Notes: a model not told the origin generated them from the letters alone. A DNA stretch of 64,000 bases from Acidimicrobiia bacterium (GCA_046714175.1 JBKKBI010000045.1:200-64199), one strand, 5' to 3'; positions 1 to 9,942 are shown, counted from the first letter of the stretch. Translations and numbers: made by a program.

Positions 1-713
1 GCCCGGGCGATGAGCCGCTCCCGGAAATCCGCTGCAGTGTCCGCGGCGACGAAGAAGCCGGCCGAGGAGATCGTGAGACGGTCGGGATCGCGTCCGGCCG
101 CCGTCGCTGCCCCCCGGGCGCGCGCCACCTTGGCGGTGAACACGTCGCGGGGCGCGGGATACGCGTTGAGTTCGTCGGCGTATCTGCCGGCGAGATCTGG
201 AGTGCGCTTGGTGCCGATGCCGCCCACCACGATCCGCAGCGGGGGGCGGGGCTGCATGTCGAACGCCTCGAAGCTGTAGTGGGTGCCCGAGAATGACACC
301 GGTGGATTCGCAAAGGCGGCGCGCAGATAGCCGAGCGCCTCCTCCATCATGTCGAAGCGCACGGGGCGATCGGGGAAGTCGAACCCGAACAGTCGGTGCT
401 CGCTCTCCAACCATCCGGTGCCCACGCCGAGAGTGAATCGGCCCGCCGACATGTCGGCGAGGGTGGCGGCGGTCTTGGCCAGCACCGCCGGGTGCCTCCA
501 GGTCACCGGACTGACCAGGACCACCAGTTCGATCGACGAGGTGTCGCGGGCCAATCCACCGAGGGTCACCAGGGCGTCGAGGGCTCCACCGGGCCTGCCC
601 CGCAGATAGTGATCGGGGATGGCGAACGCATCGAGGCCGCGAGTCTCGGCGTAGCGAGCCCAGGTGACGATCTCGTCGTAAGTGGAGCCACCTGCCTGGA
701 GGGCGAAGCGCAT
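1..713 (-). CDS. LLM-class (luciferase-like) flavin/F420-dependent oxidoreductase, C-terminal end cut by window edge
   Basis: Minus-strand translation from ATG (complement of 711-713) reads MRFALQAGGSTYDEIVTWARYAETRGLDAFAIPDHYLRGRPGGALDALVTLGGLARDT..., typical of the luciferase-like family. It runs off the window start, so it is absent from the ORF track. Confidence 0.8.
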   Translation of the reverse strand, partial: MRFALQAGGSTYDEIVTWARYAETRGLDAFAIPDHYLRGRPGGALDALVTLGGLARDTSSIELVVLVSPVTWRHPAVLAKTAATLADMSAGRFTLGVGTGWLESEHRLFGFDFPDRPVRFDMMEEALGYLRAAFANPPVSFSGTHYSFEAFDMQPRPPLRIVVGGIGTKRTPDLAGRYADELNAYPAPRDVFTAKVARARGAATAAGRDPDRLTISSAGFFVAADTAADFRERLIAR

Positions 714-727
714 CGGCAGACTCTAAA

Positions 728-752
728 GAGAGATCACAGATCACAGATCGAG
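728..752. repeat. Heptamer tandem array (AGATCAC)x~3.5, family D (TGYGATC on the other strand)
   Basis: Sequence agatcac agatcac agatcga, preceded by agag. It lies in the 89-bp divergent spacer between features 1..713(-) and 803..1561(+). Confidence 0.75.
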
Positions 753-802
753 GCGGTCGGATCCGTAATGGCTCCGTAGCGCCCCTAGGGCAGGGTGTAG
801 GT

Positions 803-1561
803 ATGACAAACGTTCGACGAACCGCGCTGCTAGCCGACTTTGGAAGGTTGGCACTGGCTGGGGGGCTGGCGGGGGCGGCGGCCGGTTTCCTCTGGGGCGG
901 CATTGGAGGTCGAATCGCGATGCGAATCGTATTTCTCACCTCCGATCCGCGGGTGGCGGGCCTCACCTCCGACGACGGTTTCGAGATCGGCGTGATCAGT
1001 TCGGCGAGCGGGTTCTTGATCTTTGCCACCACATTTTTCGGTGGGATGATCGGCCCGCTGGCGGCGATCGTGCGGCGCGCCCTGGGTGCCGGCACCATGA
1101 TCACAAGTCTGGGTTTCGGAGTCGCCACCGCGACGTTTCTCGGTGGGGCGATCGTTCACTACGAGGGCATCGACTTTCGATTGCTCGATCCGCTGTACCT
1201 GACGGTCGGCCTCTTCATCCTGATCCCGGGTGCGGCCGCCGCCACTGGGGTGGTGTTCCTGGACCGGATGCTCCGTCCCGAAGGGCGTATCGATCGACTC
1301 CCCTCTGCTGCGCTCTCGGTGGTGGCCGTGCTGGCTCTGTTCCCGGCGGTAGTCATCGGCGGTGCCGCGTTGCGCAATCTCGTGTCGCTGGTGGTGATAG
1401 CCGCCGTCGGACTGGCTGCACTCGCCATTTCGCGAATTGGAGACCATCCGGACGCTTCCCGTGCGCGCCGCGCCGCGCGCTGGGCGGCCTGGGGACTCCT
1501 GGCCGCGATGACCGTGGCCGGGGTACTGGAGTTGGCGCGCGACATCGCTTCCCTCACCTGA
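803..1561 (+). CDS. Hypothetical polytopic membrane protein
   Basis: 252-aa ORF with multiple Gly/Ala/Ile-rich hydrophobic segments and coding-like third-position GC. No family recognised. Confidence 0.6.
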   Translation: MTNVRRTALLADFGRLALAGGLAGAAAGFLWGGIGGRIAMRIVFLTSDPRVAGLTSDDGFEIGVISSASGFLIFATTFFGGMIGPLAAIVRRALGAGTMITSLGFGVATATFLGGAIVHYEGIDFRLLDPLYLTVGLFILIPGAAAATGVVFLDRMLRPEGRIDRLPSAALSVVAVLALFPAVVIGGAALRNLVSLVVIAAVGLAALAISRIGDHPDASRARRAARWAAWGLLAAMTVAGVLELARDIASLT

Positions 1562-1607
1562 GCCGGCGCCGCCAGAGCCTCTTCGGCGCCACCTACCCTG
1601 CGCCACC

Positions 1608-2498
1608 ATGCGGTTGACGCGCACCCTGGCCCAGTGGTCCCTGGGCACCACCATCTTCTTGGTGACACTGGGTGGCTACACGCGGGGCAGTGGGAGCGGA
1701 TACGGCTGCAAGGATCGCTGGCCGCTGTGCGAGAACGGCCTGCTCGGCGGGCTGTTGCCGCGGCTCGAGTACCACATGATCATCGAGTGGAGCCACCGCT
1801 GGGTGGCAGCAATCGTCGGCATCCTGATCGTTGCCACTGCATTGGCAGCATGGCGGGCACGGCCGCGCCGTGCTCGGGCGCTGTGGCCGGCGGTAATGGC
1901 CGTGTTCGTGGTGGGGCTCCAGGGCTGGCTGGGACGCGCCATCGTCAAGGCGGACCTCGACCGCGACCTGGTCTCGCTTCATCTATCGGTTTCGATGGCA
2001 ATCGTCGCCCTGCTGGTCCTGGTCGTCTCCGCCGCGAGCACCCGACAGGAGACACCCCCCTCCCGCAGGTGGAGGCTGTCCGCGATCGGTGCCGCGGTCA
2101 CTGCGTACGGCGTGCTGTTGCTCGGATCCCTGGTGCACGACCTCTACTTCGCCGGCTGGCCGATCATGAGCGAGGGCGTGATCCCGGACTTCGGGAGCGA
2201 TGACGTCGTGCTGCACTTTGTGCATCGCCTCGCCGCCGGTCTCGGCTTCGCCTACCTGGTCGGCGTGGCGGTCCTGGCACGGAGACGACGACGCCCGGAG
2301 CGCATCCTGCTCGCCATCGCCGCCGGGGCCTTCGCCGTGAACGTGCTGCTGGGGGCGGTCCACGTGTTCACCGAGGTCTCCTCGTCGTTCGTGGTGGCGC
2401 TCCACCTTCTGTTCGCCGCCATTGCATGGGCGTCGGCGGTGGGGGCTGCCGCGACTTCGTTCGGCTGGAGCGGCTCCACCAGGGCCACTGCGGGCTGA
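1608..2498 (+). CDS. ctaA: Heme A synthase (COX15/CtaA family)
   Basis: 296 aa. N-terminal TLGGYTRGSGSGYGCKDRWPLC motif, conserved HRWVA and HR histidines, about 8 hydrophobic helices. Confidence 0.85.
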   Translation: MRLTRTLAQWSLGTTIFLVTLGGYTRGSGSGYGCKDRWPLCENGLLGGLLPRLEYHMIIEWSHRWVAAIVGILIVATALAAWRARPRRARALWPAVMAVFVVGLQGWLGRAIVKADLDRDLVSLHLSVSMAIVALLVLVVSAASTRQETPPSRRWRLSAIGAAVTAYGVLLLGSLVHDLYFAGWPIMSEGVIPDFGSDDVVLHFVHRLAAGLGFAYLVGVAVLARRRRRPERILLAIAAGAFAVNVLLGAVHVFTEVSSSFVVALHLLFAAIAWASAVGAAATSFGWSGSTRATAG

Positions 2499-2523
2499 GG
2501 CCGCGCCGCGTACCATCGCAACC

Positions 2524-3495
2524 GTGACGGCCATCGCCTCGATACCGCGCCCGCGACTCCCCCGCTGGCTCTGGCGAACCATCGCCTTCTTGTCGATCTT
2601 TGTGCTGCTCGCCCTCCTGTGGGAGGGGTACAAGGCGCTGGGGGCGGCGACCGATGGACTGATACCGTTCACCGACGTTCGCCTCCCGGTGCGCCCCGAC
2701 GACACGTCGATGCCGCACGTGGCCGACATCATCACATCACTCTTTCAACCGGTGAGCCGTGCCCGCGATGCGGATTTGTTGGGCTGGCTGCTGCTCAAGA
2801 ATGCCGCGGTCACCTGGCATAGAGCCGCGGTGGGGTTCTTCATGGGCAGCCTGGCCGGGTTCGGATTGGGAGCGCTATTCGCACGTTCCCGGTTGCTGGA
2901 ACGGGGAGTCATGCCGTTCGTCGTCGCCAGCCAGACGGTCCCGCTGATCGCCGTCGCTCCAATGATCGTGATTTGGGGTGGTTCGGGAGCGTGGCCGGCG
3001 TGGCTGGTGAACGCGTTCCTCCTCGACGACGCCGGGTTTTCGGTGGCGATAATTTCGGCCTACCTGACCTTTTTCCCGGTGACCATCAACTCACTGCGCG
3101 GGCTGCGCTCTCCCGATCCTGCCGCGGTCGAGCTGATGCGGTCCTATGCCGCCTCCGAGACCCAGGTTCTCACCAAACTGCGGATCCCGGCTTCGATCCC
3201 CTACGTGTTCACCGCTCTGAAGATCTCTGCCACCGCGAGCGTCATCGGGGCGATCATCGGGGAGCTGCCAGCCGGGCTGGGTGATGGCCTGGGCCGCTCT
3301 TTGCTCACCTTCTCCTATTACTACGTGAGCGGACCGGAGAAGCTGTTCGCCGCCATCATCGTCTCCGCCCTCCTTGGCATCACCTTCGTGTCGCTGGTGA
3401 CCCTGGCCGAGCGGATCGTGGTGCGCCGGGGGCGGCGACCGGCGGAAGACGTGGTGAGCATCGGGATCGAGGCCGTCGAGGACCTGGCCGATTAG
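2524..3495 (+). CDS. ABC transporter permease (NitT/TauT-like binding-protein-dependent inner membrane component), orphan
   Basis: Maximal ORF is 2422..3495. I prefer the in-frame GTG at 2524 because it follows the ctaA stop (2496-2498). Six hydrophobic helices and a permease-like loop. No ATPase or binding-protein gene adjacent. Start uncertain. Confidence 0.7.
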   Translation: MTAIASIPRPRLPRWLWRTIAFLSIFVLLALLWEGYKALGAATDGLIPFTDVRLPVRPDDTSMPHVADIITSLFQPVSRARDADLLGWLLLKNAAVTWHRAAVGFFMGSLAGFGLGALFARSRLLERGVMPFVVASQTVPLIAVAPMIVIWGGSGAWPAWLVNAFLLDDAGFSVAIISAYLTFFPVTINSLRGLRSPDPAAVELMRSYAASETQVLTKLRIPASIPYVFTALKISATASVIGAIIGELPAGLGDGLGRSLLTFSYYYVSGPEKLFAAIIVSALLGITFVSLVTLAERIVVRRGRRPAEDVVSIGIEAVEDLAD

Positions 3496-3516
3496 CTGCG
3501 ATCTGCGATCCGTGAT
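3496..3516. repeat. Heptamer tandem array (CTGCGAT)x3, family D
   Basis: Sequence ctgcgat ctgcgat ccgtgat starts at the base after the permease TAG stop (3493-3495). Confidence 0.7.
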
Positions 3517-3517
3517 C

Positions 3518-3539
3518 TCGGCGCCCCCGCAGGGGCGCC
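3518..3539. terminator. GC-rich hairpin between convergent genes (putative bidirectional terminator)
   Basis: cggcgcccc / cgca / ggggcgccg gives a 9-bp perfect stem. It sits between the permease stop (3495) and the dnaB stop (3541). No clear U-tract. Confidence 0.5.
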
Positions 3540-3540
3540 G

Positions 3541-4896
3541 TCACATCGGTGCCGAGCGGGCCGTCAGGTTGTTGAAGCGGCTGAACTCGGCGGCGAAGCC
3601 GAGTTGGAACCGGTCGGTGGCACCGGCGCGATGCTTGGCGATCTCGATCTCGGCGATTCCCTTGTTGTCGGCGTTGGCCTGGTTGTACAGCTCGTCGCGG
3701 TAGATGAACATGACGACGTCGGCGTCCTGCTCGATCGCACCGGACTCGCGCAGGTCTCCAAGGCGAGGACGCTTGTTCTCCCGGGATTCCAACTGCCGGT
3801 TGAGCTGGGATACCGCGATCACCGGCACCTGGAGCTCGCGAGCCAGGTTCTTGAGCGAGCGGCTGATGTCGGCGATCTCCTGCTGGCGGTTCTCGGCGGC
3901 CCGCGGTCCCTGCATCAGCTGCAGGTAGTCGACCACGACCAGCCCGAGGCCCTCCCGCCGCTTCAACCGCCGACACTTGGCTCGGATCGCCGTCACTGTG
4001 AGCGCGGCTCCGTCGTCGACGAAGAGCCTTAGTTCGTAGAGGAGCGACGATGCCTGGCTGAGGCGGCGCCACTGGTCCATGTCCAGCTGGCCGGTCTTGA
4101 TCTTGGTCGAGTCCACCGACGCCAGGGCGGAGAGGAGGCGATGGATGATCTCCTCCTTGCTCATCTCCAGAGTGAACATCGCCACCGGTGACTTGGCGGC
4201 GACGTGGGTGGCGATGTTGAGGGCCAGCGTGCTCTTGCCCATTCCGGGCCGGGCGGCGATCACCAGCAGGTTGGCGGGGTGCAGCCCGGCAAGTAGTTGA
4301 TCGAGTCTGACGAATCCGGTGGGTGTCCCCGTCACGTCTCCACCGGTGGTGCCGAGTTCTTCGATGCGCTCCAGTGCGGCGTTGAGCATTGGTGCAATCG
4401 GGACCAGCCCTTCACCGATACGACGGTCGGCGACGGCAAACACCTCGGCCTCGGCGCTATCGAGCACCTCTTCGATCGGCATGTCGCCTTTGAGTGCCAG
4501 GGCTCCGACCTCGCCACCGGCTCGCAGCAGCCGGCGCCGGGCAGCGGTCTCATCGACGATGCCCACGTAGTAGTCGACGTTAGAGGTCGAGGGCACCGCC
4601 TCCATGAGGCGGGTGATGAACCCCACCCCGCCGATACGATCCAGCAGTTCCCTGCGCCGCAACCAGTCGGCGACCGTGATCGGGTCGATCGGCTGGTTGC
4701 CGTCGAAGAGGGCGGTGACCGCTTCCCACACCGACTGGTGCGCTGGCTTGTAGAAGTCGTCAGGCTTGAGTATCTCGAGCGCCACGTTGGCGGCGTCGGC
4801 CGAGAGCATCACCGCGCCGAGGACCGACTCCTCGGCGTCGATGTTGTGTGGCGCCCCTCCTGCGGCGGGCGTCCTAATGCTCTCGAGCGCGGTCAT
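3541..4896 (-). CDS. dnaB: Replicative DNA helicase DnaB
   Basis: 451 aa. N-terminal NIDAEESVLGAVMLS, Walker A ARPGMGKSTLALNIA, and the conserved C-terminal RDLRESGAIEQDADVVMFIYRDE motif. Follows rplI as in most bacteria. Confidence 0.95.
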   Translation of the reverse strand: MTALESIRTPAAGGAPHNIDAEESVLGAVMLSADAANVALEILKPDDFYKPAHQSVWEAVTALFDGNQPIDPITVADWLRRRELLDRIGGVGFITRLMEAVPSTSNVDYYVGIVDETAARRRLLRAGGEVGALALKGDMPIEEVLDSAEAEVFAVADRRIGEGLVPIAPMLNAALERIEELGTTGGDVTGTPTGFVRLDQLLAGLHPANLLVIAARPGMGKSTLALNIATHVAAKSPVAMFTLEMSKEEIIHRLLSALASVDSTKIKTGQLDMDQWRRLSQASSLLYELRLFVDDGAALTVTAIRAKCRRLKRREGLGLVVVDYLQLMQGPRAAENRQQEIADISRSLKNLARELQVPVIAVSQLNRQLESRENKRPRLGDLRESGAIEQDADVVMFIYRDELYNQANADNKGIAEIEIAKHRAGATDRFQLGFAAEFSRFNNLTARSAPM

Positions 4897-4903
4897 TTCC
4901 TCC

Positions 4904-5350
4904 TCAGGCGGGGATCACGTCCAGCGTGAGCTGGATCTCGACCTCCGGGTGGGCGCGTACGACCACCTGATGCAGTCCGATTTCCTTGATGGGTCCGGCG
5001 AGGCGAACCTGTTCGTGGGCCACGGTGACCCCGGTGTACTTGGCGATGGCTGCGGCAACGTCGCGGGCTCCGATCGAGCCGAACAATCGGCCCTCGTCGG
5101 CCGCTCGCGCCGCAACGACCACCGTGGTCCCGGCGAGCGCCTGGGCCATCTCCTCGGCGGCGTCGCGGTTCCTGCGCTCCAGTTCCATGCGGTTTGCCCG
5201 GATCTTCTCGGCGTCTTTGAGAGAGCCGCGGGTGGCGGTGATCCCCAACGATCGGGGCACCAGATAGTTACGGGCGTAGCCGGCAGCCACCTCGACTACG
5301 TCGCCACGGAGGCCGAGATCGGGAACGTCCTGAGTGAGAATCAGTTTCAC
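4904..5350 (-). CDS. rplI: 50S ribosomal protein L9
   Basis: [36 protein letters not shown] is the canonical L9 N-terminus. The GTG at 5350 overlaps the rpsR stop (GTGA). The track ORF extends to 5419, but that extension is unlikely to be real. Confidence 0.9.
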   Translation of the reverse strand: MKLILTQDVPDLGLRGDVVEVAAGYARNYLVPRSLGITATRGSLKDAEKIRANRMELERRNRDAAEEMAQALAGTTVVVAARAADEGRLFGSIGARDVAAAIAKYTGVTVAHEQVRLAGPIKEIGLHQVVVRAHPEVEIQLTLDVIPA

Positions 5351-5622
5351 TTGCCGAGGTAGGGCAGTAATGCCATCTCGCGTGCCGACTTGATCGCCGC
5401 GGCGATCTTGCGCTGGCACTGGGGGCAGGTACCGGTCACCCGCGACGAGCGGATCTTGGCGCGGTCGGACATGAACCGGCGCAGCAGGGCCAGGTCCTTG
5501 TAGTCGACCTTGCCGGCGTGCTGGGTGCAGATCACGCAGACCTTGGGCTTCGGCTGGCCGCGACGGGGCCGTTCCGGGGCTCGCCGCTTTGGCTTGCCCG
5601 GGGCGTTCTTCTTTCTCGGCAT
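5347..5622 (-). CDS. rpsR: 30S ribosomal protein S18
   Basis: 91 aa. Contains [49 protein letters not shown]. Confidence 0.93.
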   Translation of the reverse strand: MPRKKNAPGKPKRRAPERPRRGQPKPKVCVICTQHAGKVDYKDLALLRRFMSDRAKIRSSRVTGTCPQCQRKIAAAIKSAREMALLPYLGK

Positions 5623-5650
5623 TCGTCCTCCTGGGGAAGTATTCGATTCT

Positions 5651-6103
5651 TTAGAAGGGAGCCTCGTCAGGCTCCCACTGCTCGCGGGCTACCGGCGCGG
5701 CCGGAGTGCCCACCGGGGCCGAGCCGCCACCGAACGAGTCGGCGGCGCGCGGGGAACGAGTCACCGAGGCGGTGGCCCAGCGCAGCGAGGGTCCGATCTC
5801 GTCGATCGACACCTCGACCACCGAACGCTTCTCGCCCTCGGGGGTCTCCCAGCTCCGCTGCTCGAGGCGGCCGGTCACGATGACCCGCATCCCCTTCTGC
5901 AGCGACTCGGCAGCATTCTCGGCGGCTTCACGCCACAGCGTGCCGCCGAAGAACGACGTGTCCTCCTGCCAGACCCCCGACTTGTCCTGCCAGCGGCGGT
6001 TGACCGCAAAGCGGACCTTGGCCATCGCCACCCCGGACGGGGTGAAACGGAGCTCGGGATCGTCGACCAGGTTCCCGATGAGTGTCACGTGATTCGCTGC
6101 CAT
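5651..6103 (-). CDS. ssb: Single-stranded DNA-binding protein
   Basis: 150 aa. OB-fold N-terminus [32 protein letters not shown], Gly/Pro-rich tail and acidic C-terminal tip DEAPF. Confidence 0.93.
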   Translation of the reverse strand: MAANHVTLIGNLVDDPELRFTPSGVAMAKVRFAVNRRWQDKSGVWQEDTSFFGGTLWREAAENAAESLQKGMRVIVTGRLEQRSWETPEGEKRSVVEVSIDEIGPSLRWATASVTRSPRAADSFGGGSAPVGTPAAPVAREQWEPDEAPF

Positions 6104-6170
6104 GTCTTACCTCTTGGCGCAATTGGAATGGACGGGACCCATGATGCGGTCCGGGTGTGACACCTGCCCG

Positions 6171-6455
6171 CTACTCGGGGCGGAAGAACTTGTGCCGGAC
6201 CACCTGGTCGGACAAGCTCAGCGCCCGGTCGATGTCGACGATGGCGGCGGGTTCGGCTTCGAACTGGAGCACCGAGTAGAAACCCTCGGTGAGATGGTTG
6301 ATCTCATAGGCGAATCGCCTCTTGCCCCAGAAGTCGTCCTTCTTCATCTCGGCGCCTCGCTCGGCGAGGGCGCTGGAGACGCGTTCGACTTCTCGTCGTA
6401 CATCGGCTTCGGCCATCTCAGGCCGAAAGATGGTCATCAACTCGTAGGTGCGCAC
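6171..6455 (-). CDS. rpsF: 30S ribosomal protein S6
   Basis: The track ORF starts at 6467. I prefer the GTG at 6455, which gives MRTYELMTIFRPE (typical S6 start) with AAGGAGGTGGAG about 9 nt upstream. Confidence 0.9.
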   Translation of the reverse strand: MRTYELMTIFRPEMAEADVRREVERVSSALAERGAEMKKDDFWGKRRFAYEINHLTEGFYSVLQFEAEPAAIVDIDRALSLSDQVVRHKFFRPE

Positions 6456-6717
6456 GATGCGCTCCACCTCCTTTGGACACTCGCGTTGGCGAGAGGCCCC
6501 CTCTCAGGGGCAGGTTGGGGAAGAGAGCGGAGTGTATCGCGGAGGCCCTCCGAGCGCCAGATGAAGGCGATCGGCCTCCAGACCTGCCACCCGCCTACAG
6601 CCGAGCGATCGCAGTTGCCTGGTTCCGTCCCCTTGGAACGCGATTTCGATCACTATCTCGGTTGCGGACGAGGCCTCCGCACTGCGACAATCTCTGTAGT
6701 CCATCGAGGAGGATCCG

Positions 6718-6912
6718 TTGGCTCGTCGTAGGTCCGGTCTGAATCTCAGCGCCCCCCGGGTGATCACATTCATCATCGCCGCGGCGCTCATCGCCTTCGG
6801 CATTCTCGCCTATTACACCGATGTCTTCGACGTCAAGGTGGACACAGCAGTCCTGTCGCTCACCCTCGGCGGCATCCTGCTCATCCTGGGGAACCTGCTC
6901 AAGGACCTCTAG
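6718..6912 (+). CDS. Small two-helix membrane protein, hypothetical
   Basis: 64 aa. TTG start 4 nt after GAGGAGGA. Two hydrophobic helices. Followed by a strong terminator. Confidence 0.6.
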   Translation: MARRRSGLNLSAPRVITFIIAAALIAFGILAYYTDVFDVKVDTAVLSLTLGGILLILGNLLKDL

Positions 6913-6929
6913 AGGACCGGACACCGCAA

Positions 6930-6972
6930 GTGAAAAACCCCTCCCGGTCATCGGCCGGGAGGGGTTTTTCAC
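6930..6972. terminator. Bidirectional intrinsic terminator
   Basis: gtgAAAAA-cccctcccgg-tcatcgg-ccgggagggg-TTTTTcac: a 10-bp GC stem flanked by A5 and T5. It lies between convergent genes 6718..6912(+) and 6984..7433(-). Confidence 0.85.
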
Positions 6973-6983
6973 GGACCCGCTCT

Positions 6984-7433
6984 CTAGCCATCCCCGATGA
7001 CCAGGGACGGCTGGTCGATCGCATCCCAACGACCGAGCGCTGTCTCTATCGCGTAGCGGTATTGGCCGCGCGGCTCGTACACGGGGCAGGGATCGGCGGC
7101 GCAGGGCTCCATCCGCAAGAGGTCGACCAACACGCCGTCGGCAGAGAAGAAGGCGATGTCGAGTGGTATCAGGGTGTCCTTCATCCAGAACCCACTCGCG
7201 GTTGGCTCGGGGAACACGAAGAGCATCCCGTCGATGACGCCGAGATCGGTGACCCCCATAAGACCCTTCCGGCGGAGTTCGGGGGTGTCGGCCACGGCGA
7301 CAACCCAGTTGTCGCCCGACACCGCGATGGTGCTGACTGCGAACTCGCCGAAGTGGGTCGGGATCGTGGGGCTGGTCGTAACCGCGCCGGAATCTCCGCC
7401 GCAAGCCACCACCACTACCAAGCCGACGCTCAG
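6984..7433 (-). CDS. DUF192 domain-containing protein (probable lipoprotein)
   Basis: The C-terminal 150 aa of track ORF 6984..8360 read GLVVVVACGG...AVADTPELRRKGLMGVTDLGVIDGMLFVFPEPTASGFWMKDTLIPLDIAFF, a DUF192 pattern. The rest of that ORF is the panB antisense/alternate frame. No ATG/GTG lies upstream of the signal-like segment, so the start (CTG 7433 or TTG 7421) is uncertain. Confidence 0.65.
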   Translation of the reverse strand: MSVGLVVVVACGGDSGAVTTSPTIPTHFGEFAVSTIAVSGDNWVVAVADTPELRRKGLMGVTDLGVIDGMLFVFPEPTASGFWMKDTLIPLDIAFFSADGVLVDLLRMEPCAADPCPVYEPRGQYRYAIETALGRWDAIDQPSLVIGDG

Positions 7434-8272
7434 CCGTCGGAGAGCAGGGCGCGTGCCGCCTCCTCTGACATGTGATACGACTCGGCGTCGGAGGGGAAGG
7501 CCCCGCTTTGCACGTCGCCGAAAAAACGGCGTACCGCCTCGGTCGCCTGTGCCTCCATGTCGGCATAACGGCGCACGAACTTGGCCGTTGGAGCATCGCC
7601 GGTGAGACCGAGCACATCGTGAAACACCAGCACCTGGCCGTCGCAATGGACCCCGGCGCCGATACCAATGGTCGGTGCCGACACCTCCTTGGTGATCAGC
7701 TCGGCGAGCAGGTCGGGAACACCCTCCAGGACGATGGCGAACACCCCGGCCTCGTCGAGGGCATGAGCGTCGGCAATCAACTGACGCGCCACCTCTACCT
7801 GTTTGCCCTGCACCCGGTAGCCACCCATGGCGTGCACCGATTGTGGAGTGAGTCCGAGGTGACCCATCACCGGGACCTCGGCGTCGAGAACGGCGTGAAT
7901 CATCGCCAGCCGTTTGGTGCCACCCTCGAGTTTCACCGCTTCGGCGCCGCCTTCTTGCACCAGGCGTCCGGCGTTGCGCACGGTGTCCTCGGCAGAGAGG
8001 TGGAAGGACAGCCAGGGCATGTCGCCCACGACCAGCGCACGGGGGGCGGTTCCGGTGACGGCGCGGGTGTGGTGAACCATGTCGTCCACAGTCACCGAAA
8101 GGGTGGTCTCGCGACCCAGCACCACATTGGCCACGGAGTCCCCCACCAGGATCACGTCGGCCTCGGCGGCGTCGGCAATGCGCGCCGACGGGGCGTCGTA
8201 GGCCGTGATCATGCGGATCTTGGGACCGCCCTTGGCGGCATGGACCTTGGGGGCGGTGATCTTGTCGCGCAT
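7430..8272 (-). CDS. panB: 3-methyl-2-oxobutanoate hydroxymethyltransferase
   Basis: 280 aa. Contains KIRMITAYDAPSARIADAAEADVILVGDSVANVVLG and KLEGG motifs. Confidence 0.93.
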   Translation of the reverse strand: MRDKITAPKVHAAKGGPKIRMITAYDAPSARIADAAEADVILVGDSVANVVLGRETTLSVTVDDMVHHTRAVTGTAPRALVVGDMPWLSFHLSAEDTVRNAGRLVQEGGAEAVKLEGGTKRLAMIHAVLDAEVPVMGHLGLTPQSVHAMGGYRVQGKQVEVARQLIADAHALDEAGVFAIVLEGVPDLLAELITKEVSAPTIGIGAGVHCDGQVLVFHDVLGLTGDAPTAKFVRRYADMEAQATEAVRRFFGDVQSGAFPSDAESYHMSEEAARALLSDG

Positions 8273-8369
8273 CTCTGCTCCCTTCTCTCCACCGTCTCGG
8301 GTTGGAGGAAATGTCTGCGCGGAAGTGGCTTCTCTCGAACCCGTTCAGAATCCGCCGCAACGTCGCCGG

Positions 8370-8402
8370 TTCCCGGGTGCATCATTCTAGAGCACCCGGG
8401 AA
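8370..8402 (-). terminator. Hairpin downstream of the nucleoside hydrolase gene
   Basis: ttcccgggtgc / 11-nt loop / gcacccgggaa gives an 11-bp perfect stem. No U-tract, so its function as a terminator is tentative. Confidence 0.35.
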
Positions 8403-8436
8403 TGGGAATCGGCCTACCAACCACGCTGGCGAGTAC

Positions 8437-9942
8437 TCAGCAGCGCAGATCCACCAGGATCCCGCGTTCCCCGGCCGCCGCGGCCACCTTCCCACAGGCC
8501 TCGGTCATAGCCGTGAAATACGGCACATCGAGCCCGAGGGCGGCGTCTTCGATGTTCTCGAGAATCTCCGCTTCGTGAGCCAGCACATCCGAAACTGAAA
8601 AGGCCCATTCATCGTGGACCGCAACCAGCGACTCCGGTGGCTCCAGGCTCCCCAGCGCAGCGTGGAACTCGGCAAGCGGCCCCGCGATTATCTCCGGTAT
8701 TGCAGCCACGATCACCTCGAAAAACGCCTCCTCGGGGAGGCCCTCAAGATCGGTGGCTTCGTATCCCAACTCCACCGCGGCGGCCAGGAACACCTCCTCC
8801 TCGGCGGCGAAGAGTTGGGCTGTGATCTCCCCTACGGCGTCGAAGTAGGCGATCTCAGCGGCCGTGGCGACGAGGCGTTCGACGGAGGCGGAACGCCCGA
8901 GCACCGCCGTCAGGAACACGGCCTCGAACGCGGCCCGGTCAGCGCGCACCGCGACTCGCACCGGCGCGCCCGACGGGTCTTCGCGGCTCCAGCCGGCCAC
9001 AGAGTCGTCACCGGTGTCGACCACCAGCAATCGGGTCTCGAACTCAACCATCGTCTCGTCACCGAGAATCGCGGCCGCCAGTTCGTCCCAGAGGAAGTAC
9101 TCCCCGGCGATCCACTCCGGAGCATCCAGCCACACCCGCTCCAGTAAACCTGACGCGATGCTCGCCGGCTCAGAGCCGAGCACCTCCAAGAACATCGCAT
9201 CGGCCGGAAGAAAGTTGGTGGCATCGAGCGGAACCAATGTGATGGCCAGCCTTGACGCGATGACCCGCGCCGCCGCATCGGGATCTACCCAGAAGTTGAC
9301 CTCCGCGTAGCCATTGGCCGACTCCCAGGCGAACAGTGGCACGTTCCCGGGAACGTCAACAGCACCACCCATGATCGTGATCCCGGCGATTCGGTCAGCC
9401 ACCTCTGGGTGATCGTCCAGTAACAGCGCGAGATTGGTGAGCGGCCCGACAGCCACTATCTCTACGGGCGTGCTGGCTTCGGCGAGCAGTGCCGCGATGA
9501 GGTCCGACGCCGAGCGTGTCTCGTTGGCCTCGGCTTCGGGCAAGTCGATCGTGTCGGCTCCGCCCCGCCACTCTGCCGGAAACGGATTCAACTCCCCGTA
9601 TCCCGTGTCGGCACCGCAGGCCACCGGCACCTGGTCGAGGCCCAGGGCCACCAGTGCTCCCCGGGTGTGGGGCACACCGAACTCGCAATGGCTCTCGCCC
9701 GGGCCGGGGAGGGTCACCCCGATGAGCCGGAGGTCGGGGTGGACCGCCAGGAACACCAGGGCTCCGAGGTCCGAGACCGTGGGCGAGTAGTCGAGAATCA
9801 CCGGGATGCGGGTGTCGGCAATCGGGGTCGTCGTCGTGGTGGCAGCAGTGCTGGCCGTCGTCGCGGTGGTGCAGGCGCCGCACGCTCCGACGATGAGGGC
9901 GAGCACAAGCATTCGCCCGGCTGAGGGTCTTATGGCGGACAT
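8437..9942 (-). CDS. Secreted/lipoprotein nucleoside hydrolase-like protein with extra C-terminal domain
   Basis: 501 aa. Lipobox-like LALIVGACGAC. IPVILDYSPTVSDLGALVFL and GPLTNLALLL resemble inosine-uridine-preferring nucleoside hydrolases. About 150 aa of acidic C-terminal extension has no family I recognise. Confidence 0.7.
   Translation of the reverse strand: MSAIRPSAGRMLVLALIVGACGACTTATTASTAATTTTTPIADTRIPVILDYSPTVSDLGALVFLAVHPDLRLIGVTLPGPGESHCEFGVPHTRGALVALGLDQVPVACGADTGYGELNPFPAEWRGGADTIDLPEAEANETRSASDLIAALLAEASTPVEIVAVGPLTNLALLLDDHPEVADRIAGITIMGGAVDVPGNVPLFAWESANGYAEVNFWVDPDAAARVIASRLAITLVPLDATNFLPADAMFLEVLGSEPASIASGLLERVWLDAPEWIAGEYFLWDELAAAILGDETMVEFETRLLVVDTGDDSVAGWSREDPSGAPVRVAVRADRAAFEAVFLTAVLGRSASVERLVATAAEIAYFDAVGEITAQLFAAEEEVFLAAAVELGYEATDLEGLPEEAFFEVIVAAIPEIIAGPLAEFHAALGSLEPPESLVAVHDEWAFSVSDVLAHEAEILENIEDAALGLDVPYFTAMTEACGKVAAAAGERGILVDLRC

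Noticed and set aside
830-1654. Long ORFs overlapping confident genes on the opposite strand or in other frames. Examples: 830..1654(-), 1983..2735(-), 6595..7668(-), 7472..8578(+), 16634..17881(+), 43402..44331(-), 45775..47226(-), 48940..50322(-), 50763..52013(-), 60864..61895(-).
   Set aside because: Their translations are Arg/Pro/Gly/His-rich low-complexity strings typical of non-coding frames in high-GC DNA. Each overlaps a gene with clear family motifs.
6468-6560. A structured rpsF (S6:S18-binding) leader upstream of rpsF.
   Set aside because: It is plausible by position, but I could not confidently match the conserved motif by eye, so I make no feature call.
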